This document shows, one piece after another, positions 31,458 through 42,069 of a DNA stretch of 64,000 nucleotides. The stretch lies in assembly GCA_050253415.1 (NCBI GenBank), contig JBFWJC010000002.1, positions 32,001-96,000 on the forward strand. Direction: 5' to 3'. The DNA comes from Pedobacter sp. (GTDB lineage: Bacteria > Desulfobacterota > Desulfuromonadia > Desulfuromonadales > Syntrophotaleaceae). A model generated the notes under the pieces. It worked only from the letters and a program-made list of their open reading frames with translations, searched no databases and was not told the DNA's origin. Each line of letters begins with the position of its first letter. Within the stretch, counting starts at the first letter, position 1. Made by a program: the position numbers and the translations under genes.

Positions 31458-34400
31458 CTATCCCTGAAAATCCTTGAAACTCACCCTGAAAAATAAGCTG
31501 TAGAGCACCGGCACGACACCCAAAGTCAGTACCGTCGCGAAGATCAGACCGAAAATGATGGCGATGGCCATGGTCTCCCACAACGGGCCGCCGCCGAGCC
31601 ACAGAGGCAGCAGGCCGCCGACGGTGGTGCCTGTAGTCAGCAGGATCGGTCGTAATCGGCGCATGGCCGATTCGAGGATGGCCTGGGCCGGTGGCAGGCC
31701 GTTCTGCTCGATTTCGATATTGATGCGGTCGATGAGCACAATGGCATTGTTTATGACGATCCCCGCCAACGATATAATCCCCAGCAAGGTCATGAAGCCG
31801 AAATAACTGCCGGTCAGCAACAGGCCGATGGTGACGCCGATCATGCCCAACGGGATGGTAAGCAGGATGATCAGGGGGCGTCGCAGAGAGTTGAATTGCC
31901 CCACCAGCAGCAGTACCACGATCAGTCCGGTAATCGGCAGGTTGACAGCGATCGACTCGTTGGCTTTGCCCGAGGTCTCCAGCTCCCCGCCCATCTCATA
32001 CTTGTAACCGAAGGGCCACTTTTTCTGAGCGTTTTGCAGCCAGCTATCCATTTTTTCGGCGATGGCGATGGGGTTGCCGGTCTGGTCGATGCCCGCTTCG
32101 ACGGTCACGGTGCGGCGGCGGTCGCGGCGCAGAATTTTAGCCGGTTGCCAGGCGATTTCGATATCGGCTACCTGTTTAAGGGGGACGGACTGGCCGGTGC
32201 GCTGGACATAGATGTTGTGGGTTTCCAGCTTGCCGAAATCCTGCCGGTCGGCGGCGGTGGAGCGCAGGGTGACCGGAATGACTTCATCCTGTTCGCGGTA
32301 TTCGGTGGTGGTGATACCGCTGAGGATCGTTTGCAGCGACACCGCCACGTCACGACTGGTAAGGCCGGCCCGAAGGGCACGGGGCTGGTTGACGCGCACC
32401 ACCAGTTTCTTGGTGCGAGCTCCCCAGTCGTCGGTGATGTTGAGGATGCCGGGCATGCCGGCCAGGTGCTCCTTAACCTCGTCACCGATGGTGAAAAGTT
32501 TGTCGCTGTCTTTACCCGACAGGCGGATTTCCACCGGGTTGTCGATCGGCGGGCCAAGGTTGAGGGGCCGGATACGCGGGGTCAGGTCAGGAAAATGGCT
32601 CTGGCAGAAGGCCTCCAGGCGCGGCAGCGAGACCTCGAGATTGTGGCGCCGGGAAGTGCCGTTGATCAGCACATAGGCGTATTCCGGGCTGGGCGGCTCC
32701 GGTTTGTAGGGGAGCATGTAGCGTGGGGCACCTTCGCCGATGAAGGCGACCCAGTCGGTGATCCCTTCGCCACCCTCCTTGCGCACCAGATCTGTGTGCA
32801 TGAAATCCTCGATCTGCTGCACCACGGCCTCGGTACGTTTCAGAGGGGTGCCCATGGGCAGGCGCAGCTCCGCGTAAAAGATAGCTTTCTCGTTGGCCGG
32901 AAAAAACGATTTGGGGACCATCTGCAATCCGGCCATGGCGGCGATAAATACCACGACGATACCGGCCATACTTACCCATGGATGCTGCAGCAGACCCAAT
33001 AGTACCCGGCGGTACCCACGGTAAAAACGGGATTGAAAATTAACCGCTCCAGCCTTGCTGTCAGGGTGCAAAAAATGGGTGCACAGCAGCGGCGTCATGG
33101 TTAACGACAGCATCCAGGAACAGAGCAGCGTAATGGTGACCACCTTGAACAGTGGCGCGGTGTATTCGCCGGTGGACGATTTGGCCAGAAAAATCGGCAA
33201 AAAGGCGACGGCGGTAGTCAGCGACGAGGTCAGCAGAGGGATTTTCAGTTCCTGCGCTGAATCGATGGCGGCCTGCCGGGCCGGTTTGCCGTCGGCCATC
33301 TGCACCATGATCGATTCGCTCATAACGATGGCGTTGTCGACCAGCATGCCAAGTGCGATGATCATGGAGGCCAGTGACATCTGGTCGATGCCGATATTCA
33401 AAAATCCCATGACCATCAGCGACATGATCATCGCCATGGGGATCAGGCTGGCCACCACCAGGCCGGTACGCAGGCCTAGAAATAGCAGCATCATCACCAG
33501 CACGATGAGCATCGACTGCAGCAGGTTGTTGACGAACTCGTTGACCTTGCGTTCGACGTGCTTCGGTTGGAACGCAACCAGGTCGAAGTTGACGCCGATG
33601 GGGTAGGCTTGCTCAAAGCGGACCAGGGCTTGCTGGACTTCTTCGCCGAGCTTGAGGATATCGCCCCCTTCACGCAGATGGATGGCCAGGGTTAAAGCCG
33701 GCTGTCCGGCGTAATGAACTTTAGCCTTGGGCGGATCGATGTAACCGCGATGGATGGCGACGAGATCCTCCAGGAAAACCACATTCTGGCCGCCGGGAAC
33801 ATTGATGACGGTGCGCTTGAGGTCCTCGACCGAATCGAAGTTGCCGGTCGGCTCCAGCACGATCTGCTCTTTATCGGTGAAAATTTCGCCGCCGGGGATA
33901 ATGATATTACGCGCTTCGAGGATGCTTTTAAGCTGCAGGGGGGACAGGCCCAGTTCGGCCAGTCGGGCATTGTTGTACTCGACAAAGATCCGCTCTTGCT
34001 GCACACCCTGGATATCGACCTTGGCGATGTCGTCGCTGAGCAGCAGTTCGTTGCGGCAGTCGTCGGCGATTTTCTTGAGCTCGGCATAGCTGAAGTCCTT
34101 GCCGGTGATAGCGATGAGGGTGCCGAAAATATCGCCGAATTCGTCGTTGACGAAGGGGCCAACCACCTCCTCGGGAAGCTCGCCGGTAGCGCGTTGCACC
34201 TTGCGGCGTAAATTATCCCAGATGGGGCGCATGTTTTTATAACGTTCGAGGATGTTGACGAAGATGACCGACACGCCCGGCTTCGATTCGCTATCGATGT
34301 AATCGATTTCAGGGATTTCCTGGATGATCTTTTCCAGTTTGTCGGTGACCAGTTGCTCGACCCGCTCGGGGCTGGCACCAGGAAAATAGGTCAACACCTG

Positions 34401-34535
34401 GGCGGTGCGCACCACGAACCCCGGGTCTTCGTCGCGGGGCAGGGATTTGAAGAAGAACAGCCCCGCCAGCGCTACAACAGCCAGGGCTACATAGGTGATG
34501 CGGGTTTTGTCGAGGGCAGCGCGGGTAATATTCAT
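31458..34535 (-). CDS. RND efflux permease (AcrB/AcrD/AcrF family)
   Basis: 1025 aa; FPGASPERVE, ALGMLVDNAIV, RLRPILLT. Confidence 0.96.
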   Translation of the reverse strand: MNITRAALDKTRITYVALAVVALAGLFFFKSLPRDEDPGFVVRTAQVLTYFPGASPERVEQLVTDKLEKIIQEIPEIDYIDSESKPGVSVIFVNILERYKNMRPIWDNLRRKVQRATGELPEEVVGPFVNDEFGDIFGTLIAITGKDFSYAELKKIADDCRNELLLSDDIAKVDIQGVQQERIFVEYNNARLAELGLSPLQLKSILEARNIIIPGGEIFTDKEQIVLEPTGNFDSVEDLKRTVINVPGGQNVVFLEDLVAIHRGYIDPPKAKVHYAGQPALTLAIHLREGGDILKLGEEVQQALVRFEQAYPIGVNFDLVAFQPKHVERKVNEFVNNLLQSMLIVLVMMLLFLGLRTGLVVASLIPMAMIMSLMVMGFLNIGIDQMSLASMIIALGMLVDNAIVMSESIMVQMADGKPARQAAIDSAQELKIPLLTSSLTTAVAFLPIFLAKSSTGEYTAPLFKVVTITLLCSWMLSLTMTPLLCTHFLHPDSKAGAVNFQSRFYRGYRRVLLGLLQHPWVSMAGIVVVFIAAMAGLQMVPKSFFPANEKAIFYAELRLPMGTPLKRTEAVVQQIEDFMHTDLVRKEGGEGITDWVAFIGEGAPRYMLPYKPEPPSPEYAYVLINGTSRRHNLEVSLPRLEAFCQSHFPDLTPRIRPLNLGPPIDNPVEIRLSGKDSDKLFTIGDEVKEHLAGMPGILNITDDWGARTKKLVVRVNQPRALRAGLTSRDVAVSLQTILSGITTTEYREQDEVIPVTLRSTAADRQDFGKLETHNIYVQRTGQSVPLKQVADIEIAWQPAKILRRDRRRTVTVEAGIDQTGNPIAIAEKMDSWLQNAQKKWPFGYKYEMGGELETSGKANESIAVNLPITGLIVVLLLVGQFNSLRRPLIILLTIPLGMIGVTIGLLLTGSYFGFMTLLGIISLAGIVINNAIVLIDRINIEIEQNGLPPAQAILESAMRRLRPILLTTGTTVGGLLPLWLGGGPLWETMAIAIIFGLIFATVLTLGVVPVLYSLFFRVSFKDFQG

Positions 34536-35635
34536 GGCGCCTGCTCCTTTTCCGCCAGCAGTTTGACCTGCTGCCCATCGTGGATAAGTGCGACGCCGGC
34601 AGTGACAATGCGATCACCGTTGTGCAATCCGGTGAAGATTTCCAGACCCTCTGCGGTAAGTTCGCCGATGCCCACAGGTTGGCGGCGGACTTTACCCTGC
34701 TCGGTATCTTCCGGTTCAACAATATACACAAACCGTCCATCGCGATCTTCGCCCACCGCTTCGGGGGGCACGACAAAACGGCTGCCACCGCTATCCCGTT
34801 GTGGAAAAGTAAAAGTGACCTCTGCTGCCATGCCGGGGCGGATAGCGCTATCGGCGCGATCGAGCCGCACCGTGACGGGGTAGGTTGTGGCATAGGTGGT
34901 GGCCGCTACCCCGACTTCGGTAACGCTGGCAGCAAAGGTACGCTGTGGCGAGGCATCAAAGCGAACCACAACCCTGCTGCCCCGCTCGATCCCGGTGATA
35001 AGGCTTTCGGGGACGGCGACGATGACTTCCGGCATGGCCCCGGCGGTCAGCTCCGCTACTACCTTGCCGGAGGCGACATTTTCCCCCTCCTCGACCGGTA
35101 CGCTGGCGATGGCCCCGTCGGTCGGCGCAGTCAGGCGCGTATAGCGCAGTTGCGAGCGGGCCAGTTCCAGTCTGGTTTCGCTGGCATGCACGGCGGCAGC
35201 CGCTGACTCGCTGGCGGCGCGGGCGGCGTCGAGATCGTTGCGTGAAGCATTACGATTTTCGTACAGCGCCCGTACGCGGGCATAATTGGCTTCGGCGTTG
35301 CGTGCCTGGGCGCGGGCTTTGGCCAGGGCGGCCTCGGCTTCCTGTTTTTGCAGTTCATAGTCTGTAGCATCGAGACGGGCGATCAGTTGGCCGGACTTCA
35401 CCCGGTCGCCGACCTTGACGGCGATTTGCTGTACGGCACCCGGCACGCGAAACGACAGCCGTGATTCCTGGCCGGCTTTGGCAATGCCGGAAAAAGCCCG
35501 GGCCGTATCGCCGCTGACCGCTTGTACCGTCTGGGAGCGCACCGGCCGCAGTAGAGGTTCCTGCGTCGGAGCGTTGTCACGGCAGGCCGGCAGGCAAAGA
35601 ATTATCGTCAGGACAGCAAGGTATCGGAGGCGCAT
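34532..35635 (-). CDS. RND periplasmic adaptor subunit (lipoprotein)
   Basis: LPAC lipobox from ATG 35635; LSFRVPG, VGDRVKSGQLIARLD, LTAPTDG, RPGMAA. Confidence 0.93.
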   Translation of the reverse strand: MRLRYLAVLTIILCLPACRDNAPTQEPLLRPVRSQTVQAVSGDTARAFSGIAKAGQESRLSFRVPGAVQQIAVKVGDRVKSGQLIARLDATDYELQKQEAEAALAKARAQARNAEANYARVRALYENRNASRNDLDAARAASESAAAAVHASETRLELARSQLRYTRLTAPTDGAIASVPVEEGENVASGKVVAELTAGAMPEVIVAVPESLITGIERGSRVVVRFDASPQRTFAASVTEVGVAATTYATTYPVTVRLDRADSAIRPGMAAEVTFTFPQRDSGGSRFVVPPEAVGEDRDGRFVYIVEPEDTEQGKVRRQPVGIGELTAEGLEIFTGLHNGDRIVTAGVALIHDGQQVKLLAEKEQAP

Positions 35636-35639
35636 GGGG

Positions 35640-38105
35640 CTACTCCCTGGCGGAAAGCCGGTCAGATTCAGAGGGGGTGATCGGGGCGGATTGCAGGTAA
35701 AGCTCAAGTCGCTGAAACCATTGCTCGCGGTCGTCGGCACTGAGGAAAAAGTCGAATTGGCCGACCGAGCGCTGCACGGCCATAAGATCGAGCAGAAAGT
35801 CGAACACGGCATTGGCTGCGGTCTGCTCCGCGGTCAGCGCGGCATTCTGGGCATCGAGTAAATCGAGGATGGAAACCACGCCGCGCGAGTAGGCATCCGT
35901 TACCAGCTCAAGGTTTTTACCGGCGGCTTGCGCTCCCTCGCGGGACAGGCGAATGCCGGTGTGAGAGGCGCGGCTTTTCTGCAGGGTGGAACGGATGCGC
36001 TGTTCCAGTCTTGCGGCAAGAGCTTTGCGTTCCAGTTGGAGCTGTTCAAGCTGCCGCTCGGCCTGCAGCATGTCGGCCCAGCGGGAGCCGCCGGAAAACA
36101 ACGGCAGGGAGAGCCGCAGGCCCACATTCCAGCTGGTATCGTCAGCCTCGGTAATGTCGACAGGGATGAGGCCCTTGAGACGGCTGAAGGGGGAGTCGAC
36201 GCCCTCGCCTTCTTCGCCCAAGAGTTGAGTGATACCTGCTTGCAGCGACAGTTCAGGAACCCAGAAAGCCCGCCGCGCGGCGGTTCTGGCTCGCTGTTGG
36301 GCGGCAATGGCGGCGTCCAGTCGTTGTAATTCGGGGGCGATCTTGAGCCCCTCTCGGACCATGAAGTTGCGGAACCGGGCAAACGCCGCAGGGGTGGAAA
36401 GCTGCGCGAACATGCGCGGGTCGCTGGCAAGCAGCGCTGGGTCGTCCTGCCCTTGACCCAAAGTGGTAAAAGTTTCTTCAAGTGGCCGATGCAACACGCG
36501 ATTGAGAGCGATTTCAGCTTGAGTACGGGATACATCGGCATCGATAAGGGAGCGCCGGTCCCGGGCCAGCTGATTTTCCCAGCGATACACTTCGGCAGGG
36601 CTGGAAAAGCCGACTTCGCGACGGGTGCGGGCCAAATCGAGGTTGGAGCGAGTCAGACGCAGGTTGTTTTTCTGCACGGTCTGCAGGGTTTTGGCGCGCA
36701 AGACGTTAAGGTAGCTGGTAGCAGCTTCCTGGATGACATCGAGGCGCAGTTGCCGCAATTCTTCCTGGCGGCCTGTTTGCTGAAGCTTCTGGATATCGTA
36801 ATTGGCCCAGGCAGGTTCCGAGTAAAGCGATTGGCGCAGTTCCAGCGAGGTGCTCAGGCTGCGTTCGGCCTGGGTACCGAAGCTCGCTGCGGCGCGATCC
36901 TCATCGATCATGGCGCCGGTCGCCGAGAGGCCAAGTTGGGGCAGCAGGTTGGCGCGGGCCTTGCGAATATCTTCCAGGCCTGCGGCCACTTTGCGGTCGG
37001 CAGCAGCCAGATCGAGATTGACAGCGATGGCTTCCTTGACGACCGACTCCAGAGACCAGTGACGCATAGCGTTAACCGGTTCGGCGAACAGTTGCTCCGC
37101 CTCGATCAGGGTGTTCCAGGTAGGAGAGAAGCCGATGGCGCGGGCCGTGGCCATATTGAGGGTCAATCGTTCGTCACGCGCGATGGTGGCCGGCAGGTTG
37201 GCGGCATCCTCACCCAACAGGATACGTTGCAGGTTGAGCGCGGTACGGCGTGCCAGACGGGCGAAGTCGGTAGCCGGCGCGGCGCCCGCCAGAATGCCTT
37301 TTTCGACTTCTTCGTAACCCAGGTAGGAGAAAGTCGGCAGTTTGCGGTCGATAAGCCCTTTGACCAGGAGATCGAACTCCGTCGCCGGCAGCAGCAGAGG
37401 GGTCAGGTAAACAGCCTCGGTATCGTGTGGCAGGGCGGCCAGAGCCGGAGCGGCCTGTCCGTCCAGTGGAATGACCGTCAGGTCGATGCCATCTGCGGCA
37501 AGTTGCTTTTTAAGGTTGCGGGCGATCTCCGGGATCGCTTCATGGTAGGCGCGAAGGCTCAGGATAACCAGCTTTCGGTAGGGGATCAGTTCGTGAAACA
37601 GGCGCAGGTCGCGCAACAGAGGATTTACCGAAGCGATGTAGGTGAAATTATGCATGCCGCTACTGCCGTTGCTGGCAGGTAGCTGCTGGGCAGACCGGTC
37701 TGTAGCATAAGGGGCGATACAGGGCTTGGGCATAGGGCCGCGGCGGGCAAGATCCTGTCCCGACAGAATACCGAGGGCGAGGACGATGTCGACCTGGGGA
37801 TCGTTAAGTAATTGACCGACGCGGAGGTGAACGCTGTCCTTGCTCCAGTCGGCCGTCAGGATCGCGCGCTCAGGGAAACGTATGTCGAACTCATCCTTCA
37901 GAAGTTCGTTGATTTCCGATTGAAACAGGCGCATCACGGAGTCATTGCCTTCCCACGGGCCATCCAGAACCACCCCTATTCGCACCGGTTGGGCGAATGC
38001 CATGAGAGGGAAGGCCAACGGGATCAACACGCCGAACAGCAAAACAGCAACTCGGCGGTGGAAGGAGGAGCTGTTCGGGGGGGAGCCGTGGTTCGCCATG
38101 GGCAA
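35640..38105 (-). CDS. TolC-family outer-membrane factor fused to an N-terminal substrate-binding-like domain
   Basis: 821 aa; C-terminal ~470 aa has OEP motifs (LLPQL.LS, LSLPLFSGG, YSRG..SILDLLDAQ); N-terminal ~340 aa (IGVVLDG..EAVYLTP..LTLNMATARAIG) resembles ABC substrate-binding proteins. Confidence 0.85.
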   Translation of the reverse strand: MPMANHGSPPNSSSFHRRVAVLLFGVLIPLAFPLMAFAQPVRIGVVLDGPWEGNDSVMRLFQSEINELLKDEFDIRFPERAILTADWSKDSVHLRVGQLLNDPQVDIVLALGILSGQDLARRGPMPKPCIAPYATDRSAQQLPASNGSSGMHNFTYIASVNPLLRDLRLFHELIPYRKLVILSLRAYHEAIPEIARNLKKQLAADGIDLTVIPLDGQAAPALAALPHDTEAVYLTPLLLPATEFDLLVKGLIDRKLPTFSYLGYEEVEKGILAGAAPATDFARLARRTALNLQRILLGEDAANLPATIARDERLTLNMATARAIGFSPTWNTLIEAEQLFAEPVNAMRHWSLESVVKEAIAVNLDLAAADRKVAAGLEDIRKARANLLPQLGLSATGAMIDEDRAAASFGTQAERSLSTSLELRQSLYSEPAWANYDIQKLQQTGRQEELRQLRLDVIQEAATSYLNVLRAKTLQTVQKNNLRLTRSNLDLARTRREVGFSSPAEVYRWENQLARDRRSLIDADVSRTQAEIALNRVLHRPLEETFTTLGQGQDDPALLASDPRMFAQLSTPAAFARFRNFMVREGLKIAPELQRLDAAIAAQQRARTAARRAFWVPELSLQAGITQLLGEEGEGVDSPFSRLKGLIPVDITEADDTSWNVGLRLSLPLFSGGSRWADMLQAERQLEQLQLERKALAARLEQRIRSTLQKSRASHTGIRLSREGAQAAGKNLELVTDAYSRGVVSILDLLDAQNAALTAEQTAANAVFDFLLDLMAVQRSVGQFDFFLSADDREQWFQRLELYLQSAPITPSESDRLSARE

Positions 38106-38197
38106 TGATCCTTGGGATTATTTGGTGATGAAGCGTACCAGCTCAGGGGGATTTGCTCCGGTCGCCGGCGTTGGTTATTGCATACGTCCGAATGTTC

Positions 38198-38617
38198 TTA
38201 ATGTAATGCCTTTTCCATTAAACTCACCAGTTGGTCCAGTTCACTGGCGCTCAAAGCGCGCGCCATGCCGTCGACGTATTCACGGCAAGCCTCTTCGTAG
38301 GCATCGGCGACCTGTTTGCCTTCCCGGGTGAGGTGGATGAAATAGACACGGCGGTCGCTATCGGATTGGCACTTGGTGACATATCCTTGTTCGATCAGCT
38401 TGTTGACGATACCCGTGACGGCCGGTTTGCTGAGGTTCAGGGTTTTTGCCAGGCCGGTGAAGGTCAAATCCGTACAGTGATTGATGGCGTTGATATATTG
38501 AAATTGGGTGATGTTTATTTCTCGCGCCCCGATTTTACGCAGTTTCTGCGCCTTGGCGTTGACCAGAGATCGGGAAACGATCTCGAATATTTGCATGATG
38601 CGTTGCTTGTGATCCAT
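38198..38617 (-). CDS. MarR family transcriptional regulator
   Basis: LAKTLNLSKPAVTGIVNKLIEQGYV..SDRRVYFIHLT. Confidence 0.93.
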   Translation of the reverse strand: MDHKQRIMQIFEIVSRSLVNAKAQKLRKIGAREINITQFQYINAINHCTDLTFTGLAKTLNLSKPAVTGIVNKLIEQGYVTKCQSDSDRRVYFIHLTREGKQVADAYEEACREYVDGMARALSASELDQLVSLMEKALH

Positions 38618-38634
38618 GAAATAAAGTTGACCTC

Positions 38635-38688
38635 TGTTAATTGGTTAGTTCGGTTAACAAAATATATGAGGTTTTAAGGTTTTGTCAA
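38635..38688 (-). promoter_or_regulatory. Sigma70 promoter and candidate MarR operator
   Basis: Minus strand TTGACA-N16-TATATT; inverted repeat TGTTAA..TTAACA (38635-38659) just downstream. Confidence 0.55.
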
Positions 38689-38945
38689 TTCCGTATACGG
38701 AATCATGGGTTGAGGCTAAAGAAATATTCATAAGGAATCAAGGGAGGGAAATTCTGCGGATGCGAGGCTTGGAGTAATCGCATTTCGTACGAAAGGAAAA
38801 CAAAGGGAAAACGCCGCTGGGTCATGGCATGGCACAAACCGGCAGTTCTTGATCCATGGTAATCAGGGTTGGGCAGTCTGGCGGAATTGAAACGGCCGCC
38901 GGGACATTTACCCGGCGGCCGTGGCAGGTTTGAATGAGCCCGGTA

Positions 38946-39872
38946 TCAGGGTGGGCAACAGGCGCAGGTGGAGCGGAACAGGGTGGTGCTCAGGTAGCGG
39001 TCGCCGCGATCCGGCAACAGGGTGACGATGATGCCGCTCTCCATGCCGCGGGCCACTTCCAGCGCGCCGGCGACGGCCGCGCCGCTCGACATGCCGGCGA
39101 ACACACCCTCGCGAATGGCTAAAACGCGAGCTGTCTCGAAAGCCGTATCGTCATCGATAACGAGTTTGGCGTCCAGATTCTCCGGCTTGTAGATATCCGG
39201 TACGATGGCTTCCTTCATGTTTTTCAGGCCCTGCACTTTGTGGCCGATGACGGGCTCGATGCCAACGATACGGATGGCCGGGTTTTGTTCCTTGAGATAG
39301 GCGCCGGTGCCCATAAGGGTGCCGGAAGTTCCCATGCCGGCCACGAATACATCGATCTTGCCTTCGGTCTGGGCATAGATCTCCGGGCCGGTCGAGTAGT
39401 AGTGCGACAGAGGATTGTTCGGGTTGGCGTACTGGTTCGGCATGTAATAGAAATCGGGCTTTTCCGCCAGGATACGGTGTGCCATGCGGATGGCCCCATC
39501 GGTGGCCTCGGCCGGTGGCGACAGGATGACTTCGGCGCCGTAAGCTTCCAGAACGGCGCGGCGTTCCATGCTGACACAGCCGGGCATGACCAGCTTGACC
39601 CGGTAGCCCCTGGCTGCCCCGATCATGGCCAGGGCAATGCCGGTATTTCCGGACGTCGGTTCCAGGATCGTTTTACCCTTGGTCAGGGCGCCGGATTCTT
39701 CGGCTTTGCGGATCATGTGCCAGGCTGGGCGGTCTTTGACCGAACCGCCAGGATTGTTACCTTCGAGCTTGGCGAAAATGCGAACCCCCGGATGGGTGTT
39801 GAGCTGAGTCAATTCTACCAGAGGGGTGTTGCCGATAGCGTTGGTCAAGCCGAAAGCGGGGTTGGTTTTCAT
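38946..39872 (-). CDS. cysM: Cysteine synthase (CysM-like)
   Basis: AKLEGNNPGGSVKDR, EPTSGNTG, GMGTSGT, PDRGDRYLST; ends CACCPP. Confidence 0.9.
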   Translation of the reverse strand: MKTNPAFGLTNAIGNTPLVELTQLNTHPGVRIFAKLEGNNPGGSVKDRPAWHMIRKAEESGALTKGKTILEPTSGNTGIALAMIGAARGYRVKLVMPGCVSMERRAVLEAYGAEVILSPPAEATDGAIRMAHRILAEKPDFYYMPNQYANPNNPLSHYYSTGPEIYAQTEGKIDVFVAGMGTSGTLMGTGAYLKEQNPAIRIVGIEPVIGHKVQGLKNMKEAIVPDIYKPENLDAKLVIDDDTAFETARVLAIREGVFAGMSSGAAVAGALEVARGMESGIIVTLLPDRGDRYLSTTLFRSTCACCPP

Positions 39873-39963
39873 GAGGTTTTTGCCCTTGCTAAGATGTTGG
39901 CGTAATAAAAAGGGTAGGCTGGCTCGCCATGTAATGAGGAAGTTGCCAAATTGAGATTTTTAT

Positions 39964-40068
39964 CACCACGAAGTACACGAAAGTAGAGCCAAAAAGGTTT
40001 AAGTATTCAACAAAATCGAGCGTTAAGTATAAAGTCTTTCTTCGTGCTCTTCGTGTCCTTCGTGGTGA
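39964..40068. repeat. CACGAAG-type 9-mer inverted-repeat element
   Basis: CACCACGAAGTACACGAA ... CTTCGTGCTCTTCGTGTCCTTCGTGGTG. Confidence 0.8.
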
Positions 40069-40184
40069 TAAGCCAGCCCTTGTTACTCTTAAGTGAATGA
40101 CACAGATAAACTGGCCGGCCCGGAGTTTTTTATACTACAAAAACACCCATACCGAAGACAACAGCCTTTTTATGCCCATAGTGT

Positions 40185-42026
40185 TTACAGGATTCCGTGT
40201 AAGGGGCCGCCCGGTGCGGCCAGTGCTTCGATACGCCGCACGGTGGCGGGATCGTCCTCCAGGGGGGTGGGATGATGCGGTTTAAGTCGTGCATCGAGTA
40301 CCAGGGGCCCGGCACACCCCCAATGTTTGAGATGCGTGCTGGCGTCGATACCGTAGAGGTCGGTGGCGGGATCGGATCGGGTAAAGGCGATCCACAGAAA
40401 GTTATCCAGGTGCGCGGCAGCAAAGTCGCTATCGTCGACCAGCGTCACCCACGGGAATTCACGGATGGGGTGGCCTGGGGCGAATGACGTACAAAAATCC
40501 TCAACGGCAGGATCGCACTGACCGCGTATGCCCGTGGCGGGTGGTGCCTGGATGGCCAGCAATCCGGGCAACACCAGGCGGGGGGCGGTGAATCCCCCCG
40601 GCAATGTCAGGTCTGCGGGTAATTCCGTGGGCAAGGTACGTATCGGCGGGCCGGCGGCGGCGATGACGACCTTGGATCCCTGATGCATGGCGGGGCCGCT
40701 GTAATCGAGAGTGTCGATGCTGGTGCGGGTCTGGAAATGCAGGTCCCGTCGCCAATCGACGCGTTCCAAAAGGTGTCCCAGGAACGCACCGACATCGTGA
40801 ATGTCCAGGTGTGGCGCGTCTTCGCCAGCGACCATCAGCAGATACTTGGCCAAAGACAGTTGACCAGTGCCGAGCAGCGCATTGGCCTGGGTCAGCATTT
40901 CCCTCGGTTGGCGATGCGGCTCGTAGGGAAGGTAGCGTTCGCTGCCGATGGCCAGCAGCAGAGGGTGTACGCCGGCTGCATCGACCGCATGCACGGCCCG
41001 AACGCCCTTGACCAGACTTGGCACCAGAGGGCCGGTCAATTCGTGAATAAAGGCACCGAATACGCTGTCTTCCTGAGGGGGGCGGCCGACGCTGGTAAAC
41101 GGCCAGATGGCATCGGGGCGATGGTACACAGCATCTACTGCCAAAACGGGAAAGTCGTGCTCCAGGCTGTAGTAGCCGAGGTGGTCGCCGAACGGTCCTT
41201 CCGGTAGCAATTTGTCGGGAATGATGGTGCCGCAGATGCAAAAATCGGCCTGGGCAGCGATGGCCGGGCCATGCTCCGGGCGCGAAAATTCCATGCGGCG
41301 TCCACCGAGAAGGCCGGCGAAACACAGCTCCGGCATGTCTTCCGGCAACGGCATGATGGCAGCCAGCGTAAGGCTAGGCGGGCCGCCGACAAAGATGTTG
41401 ACGCGCAGCGGTTGCTGTTGTTTCAATGCTTCGGCGTGATGTATGCCAATGCCGCGATGAAGTTGGTAGTGCAGGCCGATTTCCCGGTTGATTGCATAGC
41501 GATTGCCGGCAAGCTGAACGCGGTACATGCCGAGGTTGGCATGGCGCAGTCCAGGTTGTTGCGGACTTTCCGAGTAGACCAGAGGCAAGGTAATGAAGGG
41601 GCCTCCGTCCTGCGGCCAGGAGACCATCTGTGGAAGTTGGTCGATCGTGGTGCGGCAGCGCGTCACCGCCGGATGACGAACGGATTGCGGCCACATATGC
41701 CAGGCGCTGCGCAGGGCTCGGGGCCAGACGGTTGGATGCTTGAGCAGTGCCAGGGGATCGGTGCCTGCTTGCAGCAGGCGCTGGACCGTATCGAGTGTGT
41801 CGCGGAACAGGAAGCGGGTGCGCTCCATGGTGCCGAACAGGTTGGCCAGCATGGGAAACCGGCAGCCTTTGACGTTGGTAAACAGCAGAGCCGGACCGCC
41901 TGCCTGGCAGGCACGTCTCTGTATAACCGCCGCTTCCAGTCGGGCATCGATTTCGTGATCGACGCGAATCAGCTGGCCGGTTCGTTCAAGGTCGCGGACA
42001 CATTCGGTGAGATTTCGATAACCCAT
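40185..42026 (-). CDS. ubiD: UbiD-family decarboxylase (long form)
   Basis: PALLFTNV, NLFGT, NLGMYRVQ, EGPFGDHLGYY, TSVGRPPQED. Confidence 0.88.
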   Translation of the reverse strand: MGYRNLTECVRDLERTGQLIRVDHEIDARLEAAVIQRRACQAGGPALLFTNVKGCRFPMLANLFGTMERTRFLFRDTLDTVQRLLQAGTDPLALLKHPTVWPRALRSAWHMWPQSVRHPAVTRCRTTIDQLPQMVSWPQDGGPFITLPLVYSESPQQPGLRHANLGMYRVQLAGNRYAINREIGLHYQLHRGIGIHHAEALKQQQPLRVNIFVGGPPSLTLAAIMPLPEDMPELCFAGLLGGRRMEFSRPEHGPAIAAQADFCICGTIIPDKLLPEGPFGDHLGYYSLEHDFPVLAVDAVYHRPDAIWPFTSVGRPPQEDSVFGAFIHELTGPLVPSLVKGVRAVHAVDAAGVHPLLLAIGSERYLPYEPHRQPREMLTQANALLGTGQLSLAKYLLMVAGEDAPHLDIHDVGAFLGHLLERVDWRRDLHFQTRTSIDTLDYSGPAMHQGSKVVIAAAGPPIRTLPTELPADLTLPGGFTAPRLVLPGLLAIQAPPATGIRGQCDPAVEDFCTSFAPGHPIREFPWVTLVDDSDFAAAHLDNFLWIAFTRSDPATDLYGIDASTHLKHWGCAGPLVLDARLKPHHPTPLEDDPATVRRIEALAAPGGPLHGIL

Positions 42027-42069
42027 GGGGTATCCTGTTGCAGGTTTTTTGCGGGCGATAATCAACAAG

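Noticed and set aside
38829..38846. TGGCAC-containing site as a sigma54 promoter
   Set aside because: Lacks the TTGC -12 element at the required spacing.
38890..38948. Selenocysteine read-through of the cysM TGA
   Set aside because: The downstream hairpin looks like a terminator, the protein is already full length, and no extended homology is evident.
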